The position numbers and the translations under genes were made by a program. From Thecamonas trahens ATCC 50062 (lineage: Eukaryota; Protista; Apusomonadida): 64,000 nucleotides of DNA. Shown here piece by piece: positions 12,303-21,354 of this stretch. The number at the start of each line of letters is the position of its first letter. Position 1 is the stretch's first letter. The notes under the pieces were generated by a model, which did not search any database, was not told the origin of the DNA, and worked only from the letters and a program-made list of their open reading frames with translations. Where the stretch lies: the NCBI RefSeq assembly GCF_000142905.1, contig NW_013657660.1, forward strand, positions 272,056 to 336,055, given 5' to 3'.

Positions 12303-12562
12303 ACAATCCCTTTCACTTCCCCTCCCCCTTCTTCTCCCCCCCCCCCTCCTCCCCTCCTGTACATGCACGGCCGAGGCCAGCGCGCCAAAGCCAATTCCGC
12401 CCCCCCCCCCCACCGCCCGGCCACCCAACCCCCTCACCCCCCCCCTCCCCTCACCCTACTTATTACCTCCTTCCTCCCCACACCACTCCACCCTCTCCCT
12501 TCCCTCCTCCTCCCCTCCTTTCCCTCCTCCCGCCCCGCCCTCCCTTTCAACCTCCCTTCTCT

Positions 12563-15500
12563 ATGGCCGAGCCGGGCAGGGCGTCGGCCGCGCCGGACGA
12601 CAGGCTGGGCTCGGACTCGGACTCGTGGGCATCTTCCGCATCGGACTCGGAGGCGAGACCAGAAGCAGAAGGATCGTGGAGCGGCTCCGGACTCGGATCT
12701 TCTGCCGCTCTCCAGCCGTCGGGTCGGACTGTGGTGCTCGAGGGCCTTCGAATGGAGTACCCCGGCCCAGACGAGCCGCTAGGAGACCGCAGAACGGCGC
12801 TCGACGACTCGCTTGTCACCTCGTTTGCCATGGCGGCGCCCGGAAGCCTCCTGCGACTGACGTACTGCTCGGTTGAGACCAAGCCGTGGCTTGCTTCCGA
12901 GCTGGATGCTTCTGCCGGAAGATGGGCTGCGGCCAACGTCGAGGCCGGCATCACCGGCGTCCTCGTCTACGTCGCCGGCCTGTTCTTCCACGTTCTCGAA
13001 GGCCCGGCCCGCGCCGTCAACGCCCTCTACCTCCGCATTGCCCGGGACGAGCGCCACGGTGAGTGCTTTGTCATCAATCTGGAAACCGCGCCGCTCGGCG
13101 ACCGGCTGTACAGCGAGTTCATCTTTCAGCGCGCCTCGTCGCAGCCGCAGGTCTACACCATCCTCAAGAACGTCCTCGCCTCGCTCTCTTCATCATACCA
13201 AATCCTGGAGCGCTACCTCCCGCCTGTAGTGCTTTACCAGCTCAAGCAGGGTCTCAACCCGTTTGACTGTCAGCCGCGCATCGTCGATGCTCTTGTTGTC
13301 TTTGTCGGCCTCACCAACACACAGCCGGCCTCGGCTAAGTGGCTCTCCGATGCCCACTATCCCACTTTTATCGTCTTGCTCTCCGAGCTCTACGAGCACG
13401 TCACCTCGTCCATCGTCCGCGCTGGTGGCGAGGTTGTCAAGTTTATCGGTAAGGACGTCATGGTCTGCTTTCCCGAGGCCGACGTTCTCCCCGCCCTCCA
13501 CGCCCTTCACAACCTGCATGTCCTCCTCACCGTCCTCTGCGACCGCTCGTCGCTGCCTGGTGCCTCGGTTGCCATGGGCGCCTGCGCCGGTCCGGTCGTT
13601 GAGCTCAACATCGGCTCGGTCGACTTTGAGAAGCTCGACTACACCCTCCTCGGCAACGTCGTCAACACGGCTTCGCGCTTCAAGTCGCTTGCTGCCTCGC
13701 TCGGCCACGATTTGGTTGTGGCGCCCTCCGTCGCGGAACTGATTGCTCCGGGCGGCGCGTCGCTGCCGGCCCAGCCTGGGGCCCAGCTCGCAGCAGCAGA
13801 GTGGACGCTCGTCTCGCTCGGCGAGCACGTCCTCAAAGGACTCGCCGACCCGCAGCCTGCCTTTACCGTCGTTCCGCCTTCGACCCGCGCCAACAGCTGG
13901 CCAGCGCTACCGCCGCGCGAGCTCCTGCCTCCTCGCCCGCGCCTCCTGGACATTGCTGCCACCCACTCTTCCTCCTTTGACCTCCTCCGCACCACCATCG
14001 AGCTCACCTCGTCGCCCAAGTCGCCACCAGTTCGCCTCGATGCCTCGGGTCGGTACTCGATCGACCACTCGATCGCTCAGGTTGCCGACCGTGTCGACCA
14101 CGCACTCGACAACGCCTCGTTCCGGCTCTCGACTTCGATGCTCTCGTCGGGCTCGCCGTCGAGCTCGCCGTCGGGCGACACGCCGCTCCCGCGGCTTCCT
14201 TCTATTGACCTCTCCGACACCCCGCGATACGTCGCGCTCGTTGCCCCGGACATCCGCGGCGATGCGGCGTATCCGCGCTCACCGGACAAGACTGACCTTG
14301 CCCGCGCGCTACAGGTCACACTCTCCGAGCCCAAACTGCCGGCGTCGCCGATTCGTGGCCTTCAGCACTTGGCCAACCGGCGGATGGGCGGCTCGTTTGA
14401 CTCACGTCGGCATGTCGACGTCGCCTCACTCCTAGCTACCGGATGCGACCGCGCTGGCGCGTCTGCGCCGACCTCTGCTTCGATGCCGATTCAGGCACGT
14501 TCGGTTGCTGCAGCCGCCCGCGCCCGCTCGCGCGCCCGCAAGGCCTCGGTCTCGACGCCGCCGCCAATCGGCATGCTGCGTGTCACGTACGTCTCGCTTG
14601 CTTCATCGTCGATGCCGTCGTCAGAGTGGGCGAGCCTCGTCGACAAGTGGCGGATGCGGAACCTCAAGCGTGGCATCACCGGCCAGCTGCTCCGCTCGTC
14701 ATCGGGCGAGGTGCTGATGCAAATCCTAGAAGGACCCGCCAGTGCCGTCGATGCACTCTTTGCCCGCATTGCTGCTGACCCGCGCCACCACCACGTCACC
14801 CGCGTGGGCTCGGAGACCATTGTCAGCCGCGAGCACCACGGGTTCTCGGCCGAAGTCTTCTCCTTTGACTCGACTGGGCCGTCGGGCGAGCTCGTGGTCG
14901 AGCACATGATCCGGCTCATGCTCGACACCATGCTCACCTCGTACGTCTCGCTCCGCGGCTACACCCAGAAAAAGGTACTGGACATCCTGCAGACCGGTGC
15001 CAATCCGCTCGCCCACTACTCGCACCCGGTCCGGGCTGTCATCCTTGTCACCGACATCCTCGACTTTACCCGCATCACCGAGGTTGTCGGCCTCAACGCT
15101 GAGTTGGTTGTCGAGCTCATCAACACCTTTCTGGAAATCGTCATTTCCGCCGTCGAGCGCGGTGGCGGCTCGGTCAACAAGCTCATCGGCGACTGCGTCG
15201 TCGCCTTTTTCCCGCCACATTCCCGGTGGAACGCGGTCCATGTCGCGCTGGACATTCAGCGCCGGCTTGCCGCTGCACGAGCCGCCGCCGGCGAGGATTC
15301 GATCCTCTCGATCATGTACTCGGGCGTTGGCCTCGCGTCCGGCCGGGTCTTCCTCGGCAACATCGGCGTTACCCGCCTCGACTTTGCCATGATCGGCGCT
15401 GCTGTTGACGACGCCCATGATCTCGAGTCGGCCACTCGCTCTGTTGATGCTGCCCTCCTCATCTCCCCGAATCTCTTCCGTGAACTGGAAGGCAACCCGC

Positions 15501-16570
15501 CAGAGCCGCCGTCGCCGTCGCCCAGCGCGCCGCCGACCATCAGTGCGCTCCCGCTAGTCCGGCTTGGGCTCGGCGAGAGCCACGCCTACACCGTCGACTC
15601 GCCCGACGCCCGCTGGGACGTGGCTGATGTTCAGGCCACCGTCAATGCCCACCTTGAAGGGCCGGTCTTTGCCCTCCCGTCGGCGCTCGACTCGATTGCC
15701 GACCTCGCCAACAGCTCACCCGGTGAGGGCCGGACCCAGCCGATGTCGCTCCACGCGCTTAGTGTGTCGCCGATTGTCAAGTCGGGCGCATCGTCGCTCG
15801 ACGACGACGGGTCGACGCGGTCGGACGGCGACGATACCGGCCGCGACGGCGACGACGACGACGACGCGGTCGATCTCAACGAGCTGCTCTCGGACGATGT
15901 CTCGTTCATGACAATGGTCACAGCGTCGGGCATGCTCGACTCGCCGTCGGCCGACGCGGTCGACCCGAAGCTCGAGGTGACGCAGTCTGGCGACTCGGGT
16001 GAGTTTACTATCAACTCGGTCCAGCGGTCGCAATCGTTCGACATGCGGCGGCAGCCGCATCGGTCGATCTCGCGCCGCCGCGCAGGCTTCCTCACGCTGG
16101 GACGTTCCGGCAGCCCGGGCAGCGGACTCGGTTCGCCGGGCGGCCGCGAGGACTCACCGTCAGCGTCACGACTTGCCGCGGCCGTTGCCGGGCGGCGACT
16201 CTCAGTCTCGCTCTCGCCGCCGCGGCAGCTGAGCCGCAGCATGCGACACACGCCGGCGCGAGCACCGTGGCAGCAGTCGCCGACGCACTGGCGCGACTCG
16301 CCGGCGTCGTCGTCGGTCTCGCCGCACCGCGGCACGGTCTCGCTGCTCTCCGAGACGTTGCCGGCGCGGGCGTACTCGTCGGGGGAGCCCGGCGAGTTTG
16401 GATCGGCCACTGTCTCCAATCTCTTTGCCTCGCTCTCTGGCCGGCGGCTCGGCCGCTCCAGTGACTCGTCGCGAGTCGGCTCAGAGCTCCGCGAGCTGGC
16501 CGGGCGGCTTGCACAGGCACTGCCGCCACTCAAGAAGCACACCAAGAGTCAGTCGGGCCCGGCGACGTGA
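12563..16570 (+). CDS. PAC: Photoactivated adenylyl cyclase, Euglena PAC-type (BLUF1-CYC1-BLUF2-CYC2)
   Basis: BLUF1 RLTYCS..N..GITGVL..FFHVLEGP..RIARDERH; CYC1 VVKFIGKD..DYTLLGNVVNTASR; BLUF2 RVTYVS..RN..GITG..MQILEGP..RIAADPRH; CYC2 LVTDILDFT..VNKLIGDCV..GNIG; S/P/R-rich linker and tail. Confidence 0.93.
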   Translation: MAEPGRASAAPDDRLGSDSDSWASSASDSEARPEAEGSWSGSGLGSSAALQPSGRTVVLEGLRMEYPGPDEPLGDRRTALDDSLVTSFAMAAPGSLLRLTYCSVETKPWLASELDASAGRWAAANVEAGITGVLVYVAGLFFHVLEGPARAVNALYLRIARDERHGECFVINLETAPLGDRLYSEFIFQRASSQPQVYTILKNVLASLSSSYQILERYLPPVVLYQLKQGLNPFDCQPRIVDALVVFVGLTNTQPASAKWLSDAHYPTFIVLLSELYEHVTSSIVRAGGEVVKFIGKDVMVCFPEADVLPALHALHNLHVLLTVLCDRSSLPGASVAMGACAGPVVELNIGSVDFEKLDYTLLGNVVNTASRFKSLAASLGHDLVVAPSVAELIAPGGASLPAQPGAQLAAAEWTLVSLGEHVLKGLADPQPAFTVVPPSTRANSWPALPPRELLPPRPRLLDIAATHSSSFDLLRTTIELTSSPKSPPVRLDASGRYSIDHSIAQVADRVDHALDNASFRLSTSMLSSGSPSSSPSGDTPLPRLPSIDLSDTPRYVALVAPDIRGDAAYPRSPDKTDLARALQVTLSEPKLPASPIRGLQHLANRRMGGSFDSRRHVDVASLLATGCDRAGASAPTSASMPIQARSVAAAARARSRARKASVSTPPPIGMLRVTYVSLASSSMPSSEWASLVDKWRMRNLKRGITGQLLRSSSGEVLMQILEGPASAVDALFARIAADPRHHHVTRVGSETIVSREHHGFSAEVFSFDSTGPSGELVVEHMIRLMLDTMLTSYVSLRGYTQKKVLDILQTGANPLAHYSHPVRAVILVTDILDFTRITEVVGLNAELVVELINTFLEIVISAVERGGGSVNKLIGDCVVAFFPPHSRWNAVHVALDIQRRLAAARAAAGEDSILSIMYSGVGLASGRVFLGNIGVTRLDFAMIGAAVDDAHDLESATRSVDAALLISPNLFRELEGNPPEPPSPSPSAPPTISALPLVRLGLGESHAYTVDSPDARWDVADVQATVNAHLEGPVFALPSALDSIADLANSSPGEGRTQPMSLHALSVSPIVKSGASSLDDDGSTRSDGDDTGRDGDDDDDAVDLNELLSDDVSFMTMVTASGMLDSPSADAVDPKLEVTQSGDSGEFTINSVQRSQSFDMRRQPHRSISRRRAGFLTLGRSGSPGSGLGSPGGREDSPSASRLAAAVAGRRLSVSLSPPRQLSRSMRHTPARAPWQQSPTHWRDSPASSSVSPHRGTVSLLSETLPARAYSSGEPGEFGSATVSNLFASLSGRRLGRSSDSSRVGSELRELAGRLAQALPPLKKHTKSQSGPAT

Positions 16571-16574
16571 TGGC

Positions 16575-17978
16575 TCACGAGGCTGGCTGCCCGTCAATCC
16601 GGAGTCGCGCGCCCTCGGCGCCCGACACGTACTGATGGTCGACGTCCCAGCCGGCAGCCGCAAGCGCGGCAGTAAACTCCGAGTCAGACCAAGTCCGCAA
16701 CCGCTCCACCAGCGCCGTGGCGCTGGCCCGCAACGCCCGCGCGTGCAGATAGCCTCGGAGTACCTGTGGCGCGGTAGCGTCGACGTCAAACCAGAGTGCA
16801 ACCGAGCCGTCAGGCCTTGGGTGTACAATGTACTTGTGTGCATCAAAGACATCCAGGCTCGACGGCTGGGCTTGGATCTCATTCCAGTCGCTGTGGGTGA
16901 GTGCAGGATCGATGTCGATGCCGGTATCGCCGCGGTAGCGGGAAAGGAACGACTCGCGTGCGGCGACGGCGGCTGGCGCGGCGATGGCTGCGAGGGACGG
17001 CGAAGCGGCGGGCGAGGCAACAAGCAGTGGCTCAAAGGCGAGGTCGGCTCGCTGCTGATCAAAAGTGGTTAGCACGGCGTGCGCTGACGAGCGCGCCGCG
17101 GCGTAGACCGTGAGCGCCGAGAGCGGGAGAAAGGCGGAGAAGGCGACCCAGGTGGCATCCGATCCGATGGCTGAAGAGAGAGCAACGCCAAGGCCGGTGC
17201 CAATCAGTGAGGCCGAGATGGCCTGCGACGTCGCCTTGCCAGTCACGTCGCCGAGGTTCTCGGAGATGGCAAAGGCCCTGTTGAGCTGAGCGCGCGAGGC
17301 GCCGGTGGCGAGGTAGGCCACGTTCTTGCCGATGTTTGCCACTGAGGCAAGCGGGAGGAAGAGAGCCGGGACAAGTGGGGCCAGGACCTCGAGCCCGGTC
17401 GAGAGCTGCAGCAGGAGCGTCGACGAGTAGCGGTGGTACTTGGGCTGGGCGTCAAACGATCGCGACGAGAAGGCGGCGTACAGCACGCCACCAAGCTGCC
17501 CGATTCCGTCCTTGAGCACAAAGTTGAGCGCTCCAGCAAGCGGAATGGCTCCAGCGCCAAGGCCAACAGCAAATAGCAGGCCCTGCATTGAGAGCACGCC
17601 CGTCATCGTTCCGGCGACGAGGTGGACGGCGTGCCATGCCGAGTACGGGATGTACCCGGCGCCGACGCTCGCCGGAAAGCCGCGCGGGAGCAGGACCTCA
17701 CGACCATGGGCTCCGATTCGAGTCATCAGCCCATGGTCGTGTTCTCTCCCGTCGGCGCTCTCGTCAGCCGCGCTCCCGCTCTCCGGCCAGACCTTGATCC
17801 ACCGCCCGCCTCGCCGCTGTGCCACCCTCGGGGCATTGGCCGTGGTCTTGGCCGGCCTGCCGCCTGCTCCTGCTCCTGTTCCTGCTCCTTCTGCCGCTAA
17901 GGCACCGGTTGCAAAGCAAGGACCGGTTGTCAGCTGTGTTAAGTGCGGTGCAATCGAACGGAGCAGCGGGCGGAGCAT
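16575..17978 (-). CDS. RUS1: RUS1 / DUF647 (ROOT UVB SENSITIVE, C16orf58) family protein
   Basis: LLPRGFPASVGAGYIPYSAW, ALNFVLKDGIGQLG, FDAQPK, FLPLASVANIGKN, ENLGDVTGKATSQ; N-terminus resembles a mitochondrial presequence. Confidence 0.92.
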   Translation of the reverse strand: MLRPLLRSIAPHLTQLTTGPCFATGALAAEGAGTGAGAGGRPAKTTANAPRVAQRRGGRWIKVWPESGSAADESADGREHDHGLMTRIGAHGREVLLPRGFPASVGAGYIPYSAWHAVHLVAGTMTGVLSMQGLLFAVGLGAGAIPLAGALNFVLKDGIGQLGGVLYAAFSSRSFDAQPKYHRYSSTLLLQLSTGLEVLAPLVPALFLPLASVANIGKNVAYLATGASRAQLNRAFAISENLGDVTGKATSQAISASLIGTGLGVALSSAIGSDATWVAFSAFLPLSALTVYAAARSSAHAVLTTFDQQRADLAFEPLLVASPAASPSLAAIAAPAAVAARESFLSRYRGDTGIDIDPALTHSDWNEIQAQPSSLDVFDAHKYIVHPRPDGSVALWFDVDATAPQVLRGYLHARALRASATALVERLRTWSDSEFTAALAAAGWDVDHQYVSGAEGARLRIDGQPAS

Positions 17979-18099
17979 GATGGAGGTGTGGGGGGGGTGT
18001 GGGGGAGGGGGTGGGGTGGTGCCGCTAGTTGAGTAGCCGCAGCCGAACGTGTCAGCGGTGGAGGCATTTTCCATTGCCCGGGGGGGGGCTATTGGTGGG

Positions 18100-18150
18100 G
18101 GCCATCGCATGGCTATTGCTAGGCCATCGCATGGCTATTGCTAGGCCATT
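18100..18150. repeat. 22-bp direct tandem repeat (GGCCATCGCATGGCTATTGCTA) x2 plus a partial copy
   Basis: Read directly, upstream of RUS1. Confidence 0.8.
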
Positions 18151-18409
18151 GGCTTATTGGTTGCTGTGGGTTGAGTTGGCTGTTGCGGCCTGACTGCTGT
18201 GGGCTGGCTATCCGAGACCGATCTTAGTAAGTTGTCGATGAGATGTAAGCCATGGCTGGGGTGTGACGCCCATCGACATTGATTCATACAGCCATCCATC
18301 CCTTGATCGATTGCCCTCAACCCCCCCCCCCTAACCACGCTCAAGTTGGCTGGTGGGCATGGCCAGGGCATCCGTTCGGCCAGCAAGGGGGGGGAGGGGG
18401 GGGGAGGGC

Positions 18410-18613
18410 NNNNNNNNNNNNNNNNNNNNNNNNNNNNNNNNNNNNNNNNNNNNNNNNNNNNNNNNNNNNNNNNNNNNNNNNNNNNNNNNNNNNNNNNNNN
18501 NNNNNNNNNNNNNNNNNNNNNNNNNNNNNNNNNNNNNNNNNNNNNNNNNNNNNNNNNNNNNNNNNNNNNNNNNNNNNNNNNNNNNNNNNNNNNNNNNNNN
18601 NNNNNNNNNNNNN
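18410..18613. other. Assembly gap (N run)
   Basis: Run of n, preceded by poly-G. Confidence 1.
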
Positions 18614-18797
18614 CACAGTGGTGCATGCTTCCCTCGTGTTTGTATAGTTGTATGAGTCGTCGGCGGGCTCCCTCTTGGCCCAGACCCAGTACTCCAACAC
18701 GCCGACCCTGCTTGACCGCCATTTTTCTTTTCGGGGGGGGGGGAGAGAGAGAGAGAGGAAGGGAGACGGGTACAGCTGACTGCAGACGGCCGGGGAG

Positions 18798-21314
18798 ATG
18801 GAGCGGGACGACGAGGTACCCGAGGGTGTGGAGAAGCTATTCCTCCGGCTTGAGCACCAGCGGCACTTTCATACTATTATTGGTGAGGACGTGACAGTCC
18901 AGGACCCGTTTGTCCTCCTGCCCAAGGCCGCCCTGGAGGACCAGCTCGACTCTATTGTCTTTGCCTTTGACCCGCTGCTGAAAAAGGTGGCAAACTACGA
19001 CGGCGAGGAAATGCTCCTGGTCTACGACGACAACGACGACGGGGATGGCCACAACTTCCTCCTCTGTGTCACCGAGGAGGCCAAGGAGAACATGCTCGGT
19101 CGTGCTGGGCCTGGCCCTGGCGGCTCGGCCAGCCGGGCTGACCGGGCCGCCGGTGAGGCAGCCGACCCGGGCGCGGCAGGCGGGCAGGGCGGCGGGCCCG
19201 GACCTGACCGTCGCACCGCCTCGGTCTTTATCTCGGCGGCGCCCGGTGAGGTCGAGGCCGAGATTGCCGCCGGCTCGGCCAAGCCAACCCGCCCGCTGCT
19301 CAAGCTGGCCATCTCGCGCCCGCGCAAGTTCTTTGGCGCGCCGTACAAGCTCGGCGATCGCGAGGCCCACGATGGGATGGAGGAGTGCCGCCCGTACAAG
19401 GACCCCAACTTTTCAGTCGTCCGCCTCGAGGCCGACGTCGGTTTCCAGGCCGTCCGGCGGACCGCCGAGTCCGGCTTGCAAACCGGTTGGAGCAAGCCGG
19501 AGAACGCCGCGACGCAGTGGGAGGCGCAGACCATGGAGTCGGCCGCCGCCGCCAAGCACCTCGACGACGACGCCCTGGCGGCGGCGCTGGGCGAGAAGGC
19601 CGCGCTCTTTGAGTTTGCCCTCCAGCAAAACAACGCCGTCAACGTCTACGCCGACAACTTTGCCGCCCTCGTCGACGAAGACGCCGTTCTCGGCCGCGAG
19701 TCCGAGTCGCTCCTTGTGGAGACCCACTCGTGCTCGGACGCGCAACTCATCGGCGACGCGCTCCTGACGTCGGCAGACTGGCAGCCCGGCCGCCGCGATG
19801 TCCTCGCCGTCGCCGTTGCCGCCAAGGCCTCGTTTGACGAGCGCGCCGCAGAGTCGAACGTCAACAAGCCGCCGTCGCTGGTCGCGGTCTGGAACCTCTC
19901 GGTCACCATCCACTCGCACCCGGTCCTCTTGCTGCAGGCCCCAGCCGACGTCCGTGTCGTCCGGTTCTGCCCCTCGCAGCCGCACATTCTTGCCGGCGGC
20001 CTCGTCACCGGCCAGGTTGTCATCTGGGATATTGCCGAGGCGCAGGCCGCCGTCGAGTCGTCGCACCTCAGCGGGAGCGGAAGCGCCGGGCCGGCACTCG
20101 GCGCCTCGGCCGCCACCGCCGTCCTCCCGGACGTCCTGCAGGCAAAGGCCACGCCCGCGGCGTCGCGGCCTGGCACCCAGGGAGGGAGCGGGAGCGCCGG
20201 TACTGCCGGTGCCTCAGCCGCTGCTGACATCCCGGTTGTCTCGTTCTGCCTCCTCTCGACCATCGAGAGCTCGCACAAGCGGCCAGTGACGGACATTGTG
20301 TGGATGCCGCCGCAGTTTGAGGTCAACTCGTCGGGAACAGTCAACGAGGACGAGACGGTGCTCTCGCACCAGTTTGTGTCGTCGTCGTACGACGGCGCAG
20401 TGGTGTTCTGGGACATCCACTCGCGGAAGGATCTGGTGTCGGAGCGGGCGTGGCGGCCGCTGCACCGCATCCGGCTGCACAAGGTGTCGCGGATGGGCGA
20501 CCACGGCCCCATCAAGGTGGCGGTCGACCCGTTGCGCGCCCAGCTGACGGCCATCACTGAAGATGGCGAGCTGGTCTTTGCAGACTGGCGCATCAACCGG
20601 TCCGAGCAGAAGCGGCAGGTCGTCCGCGCCAACTTTTACGGCGCGCCCGGCTTTGGCGCCGCCATTGCTCCGCACCCGGTCCTGCCGTCCATCATTCTCA
20701 CGGCCTCGGACTGGTGCACCCAGATCTGGACCGAGGCCGAGTCCAAGCCGCTCATCACATCCCCGGCGACACCAGCTGTCATTACTGATGCCGTCTGGTC
20801 GCCGTCGCGGGCTGGCGTCTTTTACATCGCCCGCGCAGACGGGTGCATCGAGGTCTGGGACTTGCTCGAAAAGTCGCACGGCCCGTCGCGCATCGAAAAC
20901 ATCACCAGCTCAACCGCCATCACCTCGGTCGCCATCCTCACCGTCCCGCACAAGAAGCGCAAGCGGAAGGCGGTCAAGCAGCTTCTCGCCATCACCGATG
21001 ACTCGGGCTTTGTCCGCGTCGTCGCCATCCCCCGCTCGCTGGTCAAGGGCCCAGCCCAGGAGGCCGAGTTTGTGGGCAAGCTCTTTGAGCGCGAGCGTGA
21101 GCGCCTTGTCTACTTTGCGGACGTCATGATCCCGCACCGCGACGAGCTCGCCCTAGCTGAGCGCGCCTCGGCCGACGCACGCGCAAAGGCTGCCGCCATG
21201 GCCGCCATGGATGCCGACGAAGACGCCAAGGAAAAGGTCGCAGAGCTGCAGTACCAAAAGTTCCAGGCCAACTTTGAGCGCGAGCTCGAGATGATGGCTG
21301 GCGGCGCGCCGTAG
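18798..21314 (+). CDS. DNAI3: Axonemal dynein intermediate chain WDR63/DNAI3 (IC140-like)
   Basis: ADVGFQAV..SGLQTGW..NAATQW, ALQQNNAVNVYADNF, WD40s (LAGGLVTGQVVIWD, STIESSHKRPVTDIVWMP, WSPSRAGVFYIARADGCIEVWDLL). Confidence 0.88.
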   Translation: MERDDEVPEGVEKLFLRLEHQRHFHTIIGEDVTVQDPFVLLPKAALEDQLDSIVFAFDPLLKKVANYDGEEMLLVYDDNDDGDGHNFLLCVTEEAKENMLGRAGPGPGGSASRADRAAGEAADPGAAGGQGGGPGPDRRTASVFISAAPGEVEAEIAAGSAKPTRPLLKLAISRPRKFFGAPYKLGDREAHDGMEECRPYKDPNFSVVRLEADVGFQAVRRTAESGLQTGWSKPENAATQWEAQTMESAAAAKHLDDDALAAALGEKAALFEFALQQNNAVNVYADNFAALVDEDAVLGRESESLLVETHSCSDAQLIGDALLTSADWQPGRRDVLAVAVAAKASFDERAAESNVNKPPSLVAVWNLSVTIHSHPVLLLQAPADVRVVRFCPSQPHILAGGLVTGQVVIWDIAEAQAAVESSHLSGSGSAGPALGASAATAVLPDVLQAKATPAASRPGTQGGSGSAGTAGASAAADIPVVSFCLLSTIESSHKRPVTDIVWMPPQFEVNSSGTVNEDETVLSHQFVSSSYDGAVVFWDIHSRKDLVSERAWRPLHRIRLHKVSRMGDHGPIKVAVDPLRAQLTAITEDGELVFADWRINRSEQKRQVVRANFYGAPGFGAAIAPHPVLPSIILTASDWCTQIWTEAESKPLITSPATPAVITDAVWSPSRAGVFYIARADGCIEVWDLLEKSHGPSRIENITSSTAITSVAILTVPHKKRKRKAVKQLLAITDDSGFVRVVAIPRSLVKGPAQEAEFVGKLFERERERLVYFADVMIPHRDELALAERASADARAKAAAMAAMDADEDAKEKVAELQYQKFQANFERELEMMAGGAP

Positions 21315-21354
21315 TAGTAAAACGCGAACAACTGCTAGCCGGCTGTACGGCTAC

